Shown here piece after piece: positions 1 through 7,530 of a stretch of 20,000 nucleotides of DNA. Every line of letters begins with the position of its first letter. Position 1 is the stretch's first letter. Position numbers and translations under genes: made by a program. Source of the DNA: an uncultured virus (IMG/VR IMGVR_UViG_3300008624_000520) (Duplodnaviria; Heunggongvirae; Uroviricota; Caudoviricetes); the IMG/VR virus record IMGVR_UViG_3300008624_000520, positions 52,100 through 72,099 of that record; one strand, 5' to 3'. Under the pieces are notes generated by a model. The model did no database searches and was not told the origin of the DNA. It saw nothing but the letters and a program-made list of their open reading frames with translations.

Positions 1-1041
1 GTCACTATCTGAAAACTCTTTTTGCATGTCTCCAGCTCCCAAACTATATCTATTTTCAACCCATTTGTTGAATCCTTCATCCTCTAACAAAGGTATCCAA
101 AAATCACTACCCATGTCTTTAAGTCTAACTTTCACTTCAGGAGCGATTTCTCCTGTTTCGGGATTCTGTTTTTGATACCATCCAACAGTAGGTTTAATAA
201 CATATCCAGATTCTAATCCCATTTCTAATAAACCAGACCAAGGACTAATACCCTCTTCCCAGGAAACTTGCACAATTATCTTAGACTTCTCTCTAACAAA
301 TCTAGACTTTTCAACATTTATTACAAATTCATAACCTGTAACTTCTGTTCCTGTTTTTTGTTGCCTTCTGCCTATAATATAAATGTTGTCTGCTGAATAA
401 TATATACCTGTTCCACCACTTACAACGTCTTTAGGAAACAATCCTATTTCTTTATATGTGTGATTAACCACAATCGCTGGTATATCTTTTATAGTTAAAT
501 GAGGTGTAATCATTCTAAACAGTGACTTCATTTGTTTAGCTCTTGTCATATCTGCTACTGATTTACCCTCTAAAGCATCTTCTACTTCTTTTTTACTTGC
601 CAAGTTACCCACACTATCAACAATAATCATTACATGGTCGTCTCTTTCTAAACCATTCAACTGTTGCATAGCATCGTGTTTTAATTGTTCTATGTCTGAT
701 ATTGGACTGTGGATTACCCTATTGGTGTCTATTTTAAATGTATCAAAATATGCCTGTGGTGCTCCAAACTCACTATCATAAAACAAAATAACACCATCTT
801 TATATTTGTCTAAATATGCTTTAGCCAACAACATAGCAAATGCTGTTTTAAAATGTTTACTTGGTCCTGCAAATACAGTTAATCCTGTTGTAAGACCTCC
901 GTCTAATTTTCCACTCAACGCAACATTAACTGCAGGTACAGATGTCTGTATTATATCCTGTTCGTTAAAAAATTTGGAATCAGTTAAGACTTCAGATTGT
1001 TTAATCGTCGTGTTTTTCTTTAATTTATCTATTAGGTTCAT
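1..1041 (-). CDS. uvsX: UvsX RecA-like recombinase (3' end runs off the window)
   Basis: Not in the ORF track. Manual translation from ATG at 1041 (SD GGAGAGG upstream) gives MNLIDKLKKNTTIKQSEVLTDSKFF...NVALSGKLDGGLTTGLTVFAGPSKHFKTAF, with the UvsX-type Walker A GPSKHFKT. Lies downstream of gp43 as in T4-like phages. Confidence 0.95.
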   Translation of the reverse strand, partial: MNLIDKLKKNTTIKQSEVLTDSKFFNEQDIIQTSVPAVNVALSGKLDGGLTTGLTVFAGPSKHFKTAFAMLLAKAYLDKYKDGVILFYDSEFGAPQAYFDTFKIDTNRVIHSPISDIEQLKHDAMQQLNGLERDDHVMIIVDSVGNLASKKEVEDALEGKSVADMTRAKQMKSLFRMITPHLTIKDIPAIVVNHTYKEIGLFPKDVVSGGTGIYYSADNIYIIGRRQQKTGTEVTGYEFVINVEKSRFVREKSKIIVQVSWEEGISPWSGLLEMGLESGYVIKPTVGWYQKQNPETGEIAPEVKVRLKDMGSDFWIPLLEDEGFNKWVENRYSLGAGDMQKEFSDSD

Positions 1042-1831
1042 TACCTCTCCTTATTCTGTTTGCATCTACCGCAACTTTTAAAATATTATCACTATTATAG
1101 CACAGCGACGAAGTGTGAGTCAAGTCTTTAGGTAAACAAGTACCACCAAATCCTACCTTTCCGTCTGGTCCTGGTACTGCCCAATGTGTTTTACCCAAAT
1201 TAGGATCATTACTAAAAAAGTCTGAAATCACATCGTAATCCATATCCCAAGCATCACATATATTTTTAAATTCATTTGCTAAACCTACTTTAACAGCAAG
1301 TGCTGCATTTCTTGCTATTTTTATCATTGCTGCTTCTTCTGGTTTAATATGACACCATATATTTTTGTGGCATTCAATAGTTTCTATAAAATGATCCATT
1401 TGATACCCACCTACTACCAATGGTAACTCTGGGTTATCAATATCTTCTTTCCAATGCCTTTCTCTTAAAAACTCTGGCCATATAATTGCTCCATAACTTT
1501 TAGTGTATTGAGCTGTTTGATCAGGACCAATTGTGCTCCTTATAACTATTCTATTTACTTTTTTATAGACGTTCTTACATACTTCATCTATTATAGAAGT
1601 ATCTAATTTACTAGGCCAAACTGCTGATCCTGTTTTTTCTTTTTCAGGATCAACCAACAGATTTGTAGGAACACATATAATAGCATAATCTATGCCCCAC
1701 CAATCTTCTATTCTTTTATCTAGAGCAGGATCATGAATTAATACACCAGGACTTCCTTTAACATGATTCTTAAAGAAATACTCTGTAGCTTTACCTACAA
1801 AACCATAACCTACTATCGCTATTTTAGCCAT
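1025..1831 (-). CDS. UDP-glucose/GDP-mannose dehydrogenase family protein, short form (268 aa)
   Basis: Rossmann motif IAIVGYGFVG, ICVPT, IRSTI, PEFLRE, and catalytic GFGGTCLPKD. Start moved to ATG 1831 (MAKIAIV), which overlaps the upstream ORF end. Confidence 0.88.
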   Translation of the reverse strand: MAKIAIVGYGFVGKATEYFFKNHVKGSPGVLIHDPALDKRIEDWWGIDYAIICVPTNLLVDPEKEKTGSAVWPSKLDTSIIDEVCKNVYKKVNRIVIRSTIGPDQTAQYTKSYGAIIWPEFLRERHWKEDIDNPELPLVVGGYQMDHFIETIECHKNIWCHIKPEEAAMIKIARNAALAVKVGLANEFKNICDAWDMDYDVISDFFSNDPNLGKTHWAVPGPDGKVGFGGTCLPKDLTHTSSLCYNSDNILKVAVDANRIRRGNEPNR

Positions 1832-2009
1832 TCTTAATTCTTCGTTCAAGTATTTCAATTTGACTATCCTTTTTCTTTTGCCAGGCGGTCTCATTTCTAT
1901 CTTTACCGTTACTCATCTTTTTAGCTGTAAATTTGGAAGCTTTTAATCTTTCTAAAGCTCCTTCTCTTCTTTCCTTACGGCCAAACTTTCTATCTTTTCC
2001 GTGTCTCAT
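1824..2009 (-). CDS. Small, highly basic hypothetical protein (61 aa, MRHGKDRKFG...)
   Basis: ATG at 2009 with SD GGAGAG; fits between its neighbours with short overlaps. Confidence 0.7.
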   Translation of the reverse strand: MRHGKDRKFGRKERREGALERLKASKFTAKKMSNGKDRNETAWQKKKDSQIEILERRIKNG

Positions 2010-2109
2010 CTTCTCTCCAAAAATCATTTTCAAAAGCAACTTGAATACCAACATATATCGCCGTATTGACAAGTATTAATACTAAAAACATAACCCAACC
2101 TGAAATCAT
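1990..2109 (-). CDS. Small single-pass membrane protein (39 aa, MISGWVMFLVLILVNTAIYVGIQVAFENDFWREDETRKR)
   Basis: Manual translation. ATGA overlap with the methyltransferase stop; hydrophobic N-terminus and charged C-terminus. Confidence 0.65.
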   Translation of the reverse strand: MISGWVMFLVLILVNTAIYVGIQVAFENDFWREDETRKR

Positions 2110-2762
2110 TTAATAAAAACTCCTAACCAAAAATCTTTTTTATCTGACATATCAACTCCACCTGCATAAGTTTGTACAATCCAATCATCCATATTTTCTG
2201 TTCCTCCGTATCCGCCTATTGGTACCATCTCAGAAAACTCTTCTCGTTTCTTTGAATACTCATAAAATTTATCTAATTTCATAGGTGTAGTTTCTATTGC
2301 TTTAATAACATCTGCTCCCTTAGGACCACAATTAACCTGAAGAGGATATTCTATGCCTATATCAGAGTGAGCATTACCTGACATAGCCCAATCTATTTCT
2401 AATGATGTACCACTTGTTTCTTTTCTTAAACTTTCCACAATTAATACCTTTGGTTTAGATATATTGATAATCTGTTCCAACAAATGAAATGGACTATGCA
2501 AATGATATAATAATCCCATACACAGAACAACATCAAATTCATGGCCGAGCCATTGTTTATAATAATCATTAGCTGTGCCATAAAAATCTGGTGTAATATC
2601 TCCACTTGGATCATATCTTATATGTGGGTCTACTGTAAATAAACTGTCTGCATATTCATTAACAAGTTCTGAGTGAACACCAGTAGAAGCGCCAAATTCA
2701 ATAACACTTTTATTTGATGCATACTTTTCAAATACCTCTCTCAGAAAAGTAGAATACTTCAT
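2106..2762 (-). CDS. Class I SAM-dependent methyltransferase (218 aa)
   Basis: Motif I VIEFGASTG and FDVVLCMGLLYHL. Start moved to ATG 2762 (MKYSTF), which has an ATGA overlap with the upstream small ORF. Confidence 0.82.
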   Translation of the reverse strand: MKYSTFLREVFEKYASNKSVIEFGASTGVHSELVNEYADSLFTVDPHIRYDPSGDITPDFYGTANDYYKQWLGHEFDVVLCMGLLYHLHSPFHLLEQIINISKPKVLIVESLRKETSGTSLEIDWAMSGNAHSDIGIEYPLQVNCGPKGADVIKAIETTPMKLDKFYEYSKKREEFSEMVPIGGYGGTENMDDWIVQTYAGGVDMSDKKDFWLGVFIK

Positions 2763-2836
2763 ACTATATAATTCCACACAAGGATTGCAATAAACGCTCC
2801 AAACAGTATATTATAAATTATAATATCTAAATTCAT
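2759..2836 (-). CDS. Small hydrophobic peptide (25 aa, MNLDIIIYNILFGAFIAILVWNYIV)
   Basis: Manual translation. SD GAGGAG; ATGA overlaps at both ends (gp43 stop and methyltransferase start) fill the gap exactly. Confidence 0.65.
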   Translation of the reverse strand: MNLDIIIYNILFGAFIAILVWNYIV

Positions 2837-5328
2837 CCAAATAACTCCTCTAATGATGCTTGTGGCTCTGTATGCCAACCCAATGGATTTAAAATATGCT
2901 CCAAGGGATCAACAAATGCCTTTTGAAAAATTAAATCATAATCAATATATTTTTCTAAACCAAATTCTGTAGGGAGTTTTGTAACAAATGCTATCGTATT
3001 TTCCTTTAAAGGATTAGGTTCTTTTAAATACAAAAACTTAATTTTATCTCCCTCTTGGATTTTTTCATATTTTAATCCTAAATCAAGTTTACCTAAATAA
3101 TGATTATATAATAATCCACCCCTAACATGAATAGGAGTACCTTTACCATATATGTCTGCTGTACTTCTATATTTACTCATATTATTACAACCCCTAGGGA
3201 ACGCAATTAGTTCTGCTGACTTAGTGAGAAAGTCCTTTTTGGCGTCTGCTACGTAGGTTTGTAAAGTATCTTGATCGCTAGTAAGTATTAAACGTACGGC
3301 CTCCCTTAGAGACTCTCTAATTACGCCAGGAGTGCTTGATCTCACTATCTCTAAACCCATTACCTTTAATTTAGGGGCTTGTAACCGCAATCCTTCATCG
3401 TCATATACATTCAAAGCATAACGTTTCTTAGCTACAAATATGCCTTTGTCTGCTATTATCTCCCTTTTAAAATCTATTTTCTTTTCAAAAGCATTAGTAT
3501 AATTAGCTAACCTTTGCATTGCCTGATCTATTGCTGGTTCTATTTTCTCTGATGCCACCTTGTCTATTAAACTAATAACTTTTTGTCTAGACTTATCAGG
3601 GAAAAAGTTTTGAACCATATTGTCTAATGTAACATAACAAGAATCAGTATCACTATAAAAAGAATAAGTTTTATCTTCTGTGCCACAGACTTTATTAACA
3701 TACTTATCAATTTCCTTTGCTGTATCTCTAATTACTAATTGTCCTGTCATTGTAATACCTTCTGCAATTCTATCATCATAGAATCTAAAGTATTGGTTTG
3801 CCAGGGCACCATATAAACTATTTAATTGGATCTTTCTTGCCATTTGGAAGTTATTATATTTACTAACTTCATTCTCATAAACTTTAGCTCCTGTTTCTTG
3901 GAACTTCCTCTGAGAATCTTGCATAAGTCTTTTATATCTTAATCTATCATTAAAAAACTTCTGTACTATCTCAGGAAACAGGCCTTGCTTTTCTCTTGTG
4001 TAACAAGATCCATTAGCTGCCATAGCGTAATTCTTTTCTTTTAATTTGTCTAACTTATACCTATCTAACAAATCATCTACTTTTACTTCATATTGAAAAC
4101 CAGGAACAATAGTTTCTGGACTCATATTGTATTGCATAAGTATAGAAGGATATAGACTTGTGGCATCAAAACTAGCCACCCAATCATAGCCACCTGGTAC
4201 AGGCTCTTGTACATAAGCCCCTTCGATTGTTCTCTCTTTCCTACCACCACCCTGATGTAAGACAATTTTCTTCTCCCACAAATGATTATATAATAAACTA
4301 TCCCAAGTTCTAACTGCAGAATATACATCGTTATAATTACATTTAGCATCGTATGCCATTGTAACTGCCAGTTCAATAAGTTTCATCTTATCTTCTAACT
4401 CATCAACAAGAACTGTATCAATAATATTATACTCTACAAATCTATTCCAATCTTTTTCATAAAACTCTTTAAATGTCTCATAACCGCTTTCAAGTTTGTT
4501 TTTACCTAACTCTGTTTCAGCAATAAAATCTAATCTATAAGATTCCCTAGTAACATAAGTAAATTTTCTATACAAATCTAAATAGTCTAAATTTGCAACA
4601 CCTGTTATTTCATATGCTGTCACTTCTTTTTGCATAAACCTAACTTTTCTTTTATTAACCAAGCCAAATGGAGAAAATCTTTTATGTTCTCCTTCTCCTA
4701 ATATTCTCTCTGTTCTGGATAGTAAATATGGTATATCAAATAAATTACTATTCCAACCTGTAATAATATCTGGACAGTTTTCTTCCCACCACTCTAAAAA
4801 GGTTTTAAGAAGATTATATTCGTCTGTACAATTAATATAATCTATATCATAATCTGCTACTTCTGCTGATGGTGTAAACTCCCCAAGTCCGAAAGTTGTT
4901 ATCTTCTTGGTGTTGTTGTTTTGAAGTGTGATAACTAAAACTTTCTCGCTTGGAGAGTCTACGTTAGGAAATCCACCCTCTGATGTTGTTTCAATATCAA
5001 TAGAGTAGATAGCCATTTTTTTAGCATCCCATTCGATATCTCCAGGATACTTTTCTGTTATGTATTGATAGGCATAATAGTTCTGTCCAAATATTGGAAA
5101 ATTAGAAACGTCTTTATACCTATTAAAAAATTCTGTTGCTTCTTTATTAGAATCAAATTGTATAGGAGATACGGTCTCTCCATAAATGCTTTTGTATTCT
5201 GAGGGTTTGTCTGATTTGACAAATAGGGTGGGTCTAAAATTATGTCGTGATGTAAAACGTTCGCCGTTCTTTACTCCGCGAACTAGAATTTTGTCACCAT
5301 AGTGACGTGCATAAGTATAAAAATTCAT
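2833..5328 (-). CDS. gp43: Family B DNA polymerase (T4 gp43-like), 831 aa
   Basis: ExoI DIET, ExoII GWNSNLFDIPY, ExoIII YNIID, polymerase motifs DATSLYPS, KIQLNSLYG, YSDTDS, KKRYAL. Confidence 0.98.
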   Translation of the reverse strand: MNFYTYARHYGDKILVRGVKNGERFTSRHNFRPTLFVKSDKPSEYKSIYGETVSPIQFDSNKEATEFFNRYKDVSNFPIFGQNYYAYQYITEKYPGDIEWDAKKMAIYSIDIETTSEGGFPNVDSPSEKVLVITLQNNNTKKITTFGLGEFTPSAEVADYDIDYINCTDEYNLLKTFLEWWEENCPDIITGWNSNLFDIPYLLSRTERILGEGEHKRFSPFGLVNKRKVRFMQKEVTAYEITGVANLDYLDLYRKFTYVTRESYRLDFIAETELGKNKLESGYETFKEFYEKDWNRFVEYNIIDTVLVDELEDKMKLIELAVTMAYDAKCNYNDVYSAVRTWDSLLYNHLWEKKIVLHQGGGRKERTIEGAYVQEPVPGGYDWVASFDATSLYPSILMQYNMSPETIVPGFQYEVKVDDLLDRYKLDKLKEKNYAMAANGSCYTREKQGLFPEIVQKFFNDRLRYKRLMQDSQRKFQETGAKVYENEVSKYNNFQMARKIQLNSLYGALANQYFRFYDDRIAEGITMTGQLVIRDTAKEIDKYVNKVCGTEDKTYSFYSDTDSCYVTLDNMVQNFFPDKSRQKVISLIDKVASEKIEPAIDQAMQRLANYTNAFEKKIDFKREIIADKGIFVAKKRYALNVYDDEGLRLQAPKLKVMGLEIVRSSTPGVIRESLREAVRLILTSDQDTLQTYVADAKKDFLTKSAELIAFPRGCNNMSKYRSTADIYGKGTPIHVRGGLLYNHYLGKLDLGLKYEKIQEGDKIKFLYLKEPNPLKENTIAFVTKLPTEFGLEKYIDYDLIFQKAFVDPLEHILNPLGWHTEPQASLEELFG

Positions 5329-5357
5329 TATATATCCAACACCATAATATACTACAC

Positions 5358-5386
5358 ATTATAGACTCTTACGAACCTATAATCAA
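5358..5386 (-). promoter_or_regulatory. Sigma70-type promoter upstream of gp43 (family copy 1)
   Basis: Minus strand TTGATT-ataggttcgtaAGAGTc (17 nt)-TATAAT; spacer related to three other copies. Confidence 0.8.
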
Positions 5387-5839
5387 CTAATCTTCTTTAA
5401 AAAAGGTACGATTAATTAAATGTTCTTCTGCTATTTCTTGTTTTGAACGTCCATGATATTTGACTGCATGATGTGTCTCAATCATATACTCATTTACGTT
5501 ATGCCTATATTTAATAGGTTCAACCGGCGCACCATTAGCATCTGTTCCGCCTTCTGTTTCTTTTATAGTAATAAACTCACCGAGGATTCTTCCATATTTA
5601 CCTTTTCCATCAAGCCTCGTTTTGAGTATAGCTCCATTCTTGAGTTGGTCTTTAAGGAATTCTTTAGCCATGAGTCCGAACTTTTTCTCGTCGAGGTCAC
5701 GGGTCCTACTCTCGGGAGTATCAATCCCATACAAACGTACTCTCTGCTTTTTGAGCCAGACACCGAAACCGAGGTCGATATCAACATCTACTGTATCTCC
5801 GTCTACTACTCTTACAATTTTACTTCTATATTCGTACAC
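5387..5839 (-). CDS. Thermonuclease (SNase-like) family protein
   Basis: RVVDGDTVDV, RVRLYGIDTPESRT and KYGRILG motifs; GTG start directly after the upstream stop. Confidence 0.9.
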   Translation of the reverse strand: MYEYRSKIVRVVDGDTVDVDIDLGFGVWLKKQRVRLYGIDTPESRTRDLDEKKFGLMAKEFLKDQLKNGAILKTRLDGKGKYGRILGEFITIKETEGGTDANGAPVEPIKYRHNVNEYMIETHHAVKYHGRSKQEIAEEHLINRTFFKED

Positions 5840-6178
5840 TTAATTCTTAGTTATTTCGTTTAGTACCTTTTTATTTATAAAGTCTGGTTGTATAAGACCA
5901 GATCCAAACTTAGAATTATAAGCATTTAATAAATTTTTATCAGGATCGTAAACTGAAATTATATGATTAGGAAATATAGGAACTTTGTGCTGTTTTGCAA
6001 AGGGAGCGTAAGGAGCTAGGCCTACACCAAACTCATCTTCACTACCTGGTTTAGGCATCATTAGGATAACTGCTGGTTTCTCTACAAGTAAAAATGCTTT
6101 ACCATCTATTTCTGTATCTGAAACCTGCCCTATAATGTCCTCACCTGAGGTTAGTTTAATAATCTGAACGTTTGCCAT
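5840..6178 (-). CDS. Conserved T4-like phage hypothetical protein (IIKLTSGEDIIG type)
   Basis: SD AGGAG; the N-terminal KLxSGEDII pattern and the position after hsp20 resemble marine T4-like phages. Confidence 0.75.
   Translation of the reverse strand: MANVQIIKLTSGEDIIGQVSDTEIDGKAFLLVEKPAVILMMPKPGSEDEFGVGLAPYAPFAKQHKVPIFPNHIISVYDPDKNLLNAYNSKFGSGLIQPDFINKKVLNEITKN
5872..5879 (-). promoter_or_regulatory. Possible T4 late promoter TATAAATA just upstream of the nuclease gene
   Basis: Exact TATAAATA on the minus strand ~30 nt before the GTG start, but intragenic and in AT-rich DNA. Confidence 0.4.
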
Positions 6179-6193
6179 GCTCCTTCTCCTGCA

Positions 6194-6652
6194 TTATTTA
6201 GTTTTTATTTCAATTGATTTAGGCTTTTTGGCCTCTGGTATTTCATTTACCAAAGATACTGTCAAAACCCCGTCTTTTAACTTGGCACCTTTTACTACTA
6301 CGGTGTCAGCCAAAGACCAGGAGCGCGTGAATTTACGTTCAGCTATTCCTTTGTGTATAAAGTTGTCAGGTGTGCCGTCTATGCAGCCCTGAAGTTGATC
6401 TCCCTTAATAGTAAGTGTTCCATCCTCTACTGTAACATCTAGATCTTCTTCTTTGAAACCAGCAAGTGCTAGTTGTATTTCAAATTTCTCGTCATCTATT
6501 TTTTGAATGTTAAAAGGTGGAAAGTTATTATTTACCGGCTCAAAGTCCTTTTGAAGTAAATCAAAGACTCTGTTGAATCCGATAAATTGTCTTTCTATTT
6601 GTGGGAAGGTGTGGACGAAATTGTCCCAATTCGCTGTGGTTAGTTTTACCAT
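6194..6652 (-). CDS. hsp20: Small heat shock protein Hsp20 (IbpA-like)
   Basis: FPPFNI, EIQLALAGF, HKGIAERKFTRSWSL, GAKLKDGVLTV; alpha-crystallin domain. Confidence 0.95.
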   Translation of the reverse strand: MVKLTTANWDNFVHTFPQIERQFIGFNRVFDLLQKDFEPVNNNFPPFNIQKIDDEKFEIQLALAGFKEEDLDVTVEDGTLTIKGDQLQGCIDGTPDNFIHKGIAERKFTRSWSLADTVVVKGAKLKDGVLTVSLVNEIPEAKKPKSIEIKTK

Positions 6653-6658
6653 TGTTTT

Positions 6659-6674
6659 CTCCTTATTAAGCGAG
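6659..6674 (-). promoter_or_regulatory. ROSE-like SD-sequestering hairpin (candidate RNA thermometer) at the hsp20 RBS
   Basis: Minus strand CUC(G)CU-UAAUA-AGGAG: the UCGCU motif pairs with the SD, leaving a bulged G. Confidence 0.6.
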
Positions 6675-6676
6675 TT

Positions 6677-6704
6677 AAAAAATGGACACCCTTTCGGCGT
6701 GTCC
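6677..6704 (-). terminator. Hairpin with GAAA tetraloop plus U-tract (terminator/attenuator-like) in the hsp20 leader
   Basis: Minus strand GGACAC-G-CC-GAAA-GG-GTGTCC-A-TTTTTT. Confidence 0.6.
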
Positions 6705-6860
6705 TCTTAGGATGATCAGGGGGTGCAGTTTCAAAGTCTTTAGCGTTAAAACTAATTCATCTTCAGTTTTCCCCCCATCACAAACTGCTGGTCTCATTTC
6801 AATCCATCCAGTAGCGCCTGTTTAACCAAGCATTCCTGCGTTGTTTTTCGACTTCGCATT
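6677..6860 (-). ncRNA. Candidate structured RNA or long structured leader between a late promoter and hsp20
   Basis: Longest non-coding gap in an otherwise packed region, with several complementary segments, a late promoter at the 5' end and a hairpin/U-tract at the 3' end. Confidence 0.45.
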
Positions 6861-6861
6861 T

Positions 6862-7530
6862 TTATTTATACGCAGAAGAATTTCTAGACACCATTTTATC
6901 CCTAATTTGGTCCTCTATGGGTAAATTTCTGAACCATAAGTTCATTGCGTACTTCTCTCCTGCTAATACCGGTTGTGCTTGATGCATTGTTTTAGGATCA
7001 GGAACCTGTGTTCCTATGACTGTATTGCTAAATACCACACATCTACCTGCTTTGGGTTTGACCCCCTTACCTAACTCTGTAAATACTGTGGCACCACCAT
7101 CTGTCACATCATTACAATATAAAAGAACCGTTGCTACTCTATTTCCTTTTGTTCCATGTGGTCCTGTGTGGGCTCGTTCTGTATTTATAGGAAAAGCATC
7201 TAAGTGGGCATCATATTCCTCTCCTAATTCGTAATGTAATGCTTGCACATTTTCTGCTTGTGTGTGATGTAATTGTGTTAATTGAGATGCTCTCAATAAA
7301 AAGTGAACGGCTGTTACGCTTTTCCTATAATCCAACCAGCCCATTTGATTTGTTCTTGCATAATGTTCGTAATCATCACCTTCCTTTCCTTGTGTGACTC
7401 TGCCACGAGTCCATTCAACATTATCTTCCATATCTTTTATCAGTTGCTTACATTCAGGCTTACTCATAAAATTATCCCAAACCATAATCGTTGGGTTGAA
7501 TAAACTAATTACCTGTTTTAATTCTGCCAT
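6862..7530 (-). CDS. 2OG-Fe(II) oxygenase, prolyl 4-hydroxylase-like
   Basis: YDAHLD (HxD), RVATVLLYCNDVTDGGATVF, distal His in TMHQAQPV, GEKYAMNLWFR. Likely start ATG 7530 (SD GGTGGA). Confidence 0.92.
   Translation of the reverse strand: MAELKQVISLFNPTIMVWDNFMSKPECKQLIKDMEDNVEWTRGRVTQGKEGDDYEHYARTNQMGWLDYRKSVTAVHFLLRASQLTQLHHTQAENVQALHYELGEEYDAHLDAFPINTERAHTGPHGTKGNRVATVLLYCNDVTDGGATVFTELGKGVKPKAGRCVVFSNTVIGTQVPDPKTMHQAQPVLAGEKYAMNLWFRNLPIEDQIRDKMVSRNSSAYK
6863..6870 (-). promoter_or_regulatory. T4 late promoter TATAAATA
   Basis: Exact consensus overlapping the stop codon of the 2OG gene, facing the hsp20 leader. Confidence 0.7.

Noticed and set aside
2833..5328. Possible intein, intron or split in the DNA polymerase
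   Set aside because: Single continuous ORF of ordinary length with all motifs in order.
6735..6776. Faint resemblance to a c-di-GMP-I riboswitch (GGAAAAC...AACGCUAAAG)
   Set aside because: No GNRA loop in P2, no P3 with a tetraloop receptor, and key nucleotides differ.
6721..6788. tRNA-like 7-bp stem GCAGUUU/AAACUGC followed by ACC
   Set aside because: Too short, and no T-loop (UUCRA), D arm or anticodon arm.
6725..6790. Hammerhead-like words CUGAAGA...GAAAC with a GCAGU/ACUGC stem on the minus strand
   Set aside because: Stem I cannot form and stem II is not closed next to the core, so the topology is not satisfied.
6675..6859. Two short minus-strand ORFs (21 aa and 40 aa) linked by ATGA
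   Set aside because: No clear SD, atypical codons and overlap with the hairpins; kept only as the alternative to the RNA hypothesis.
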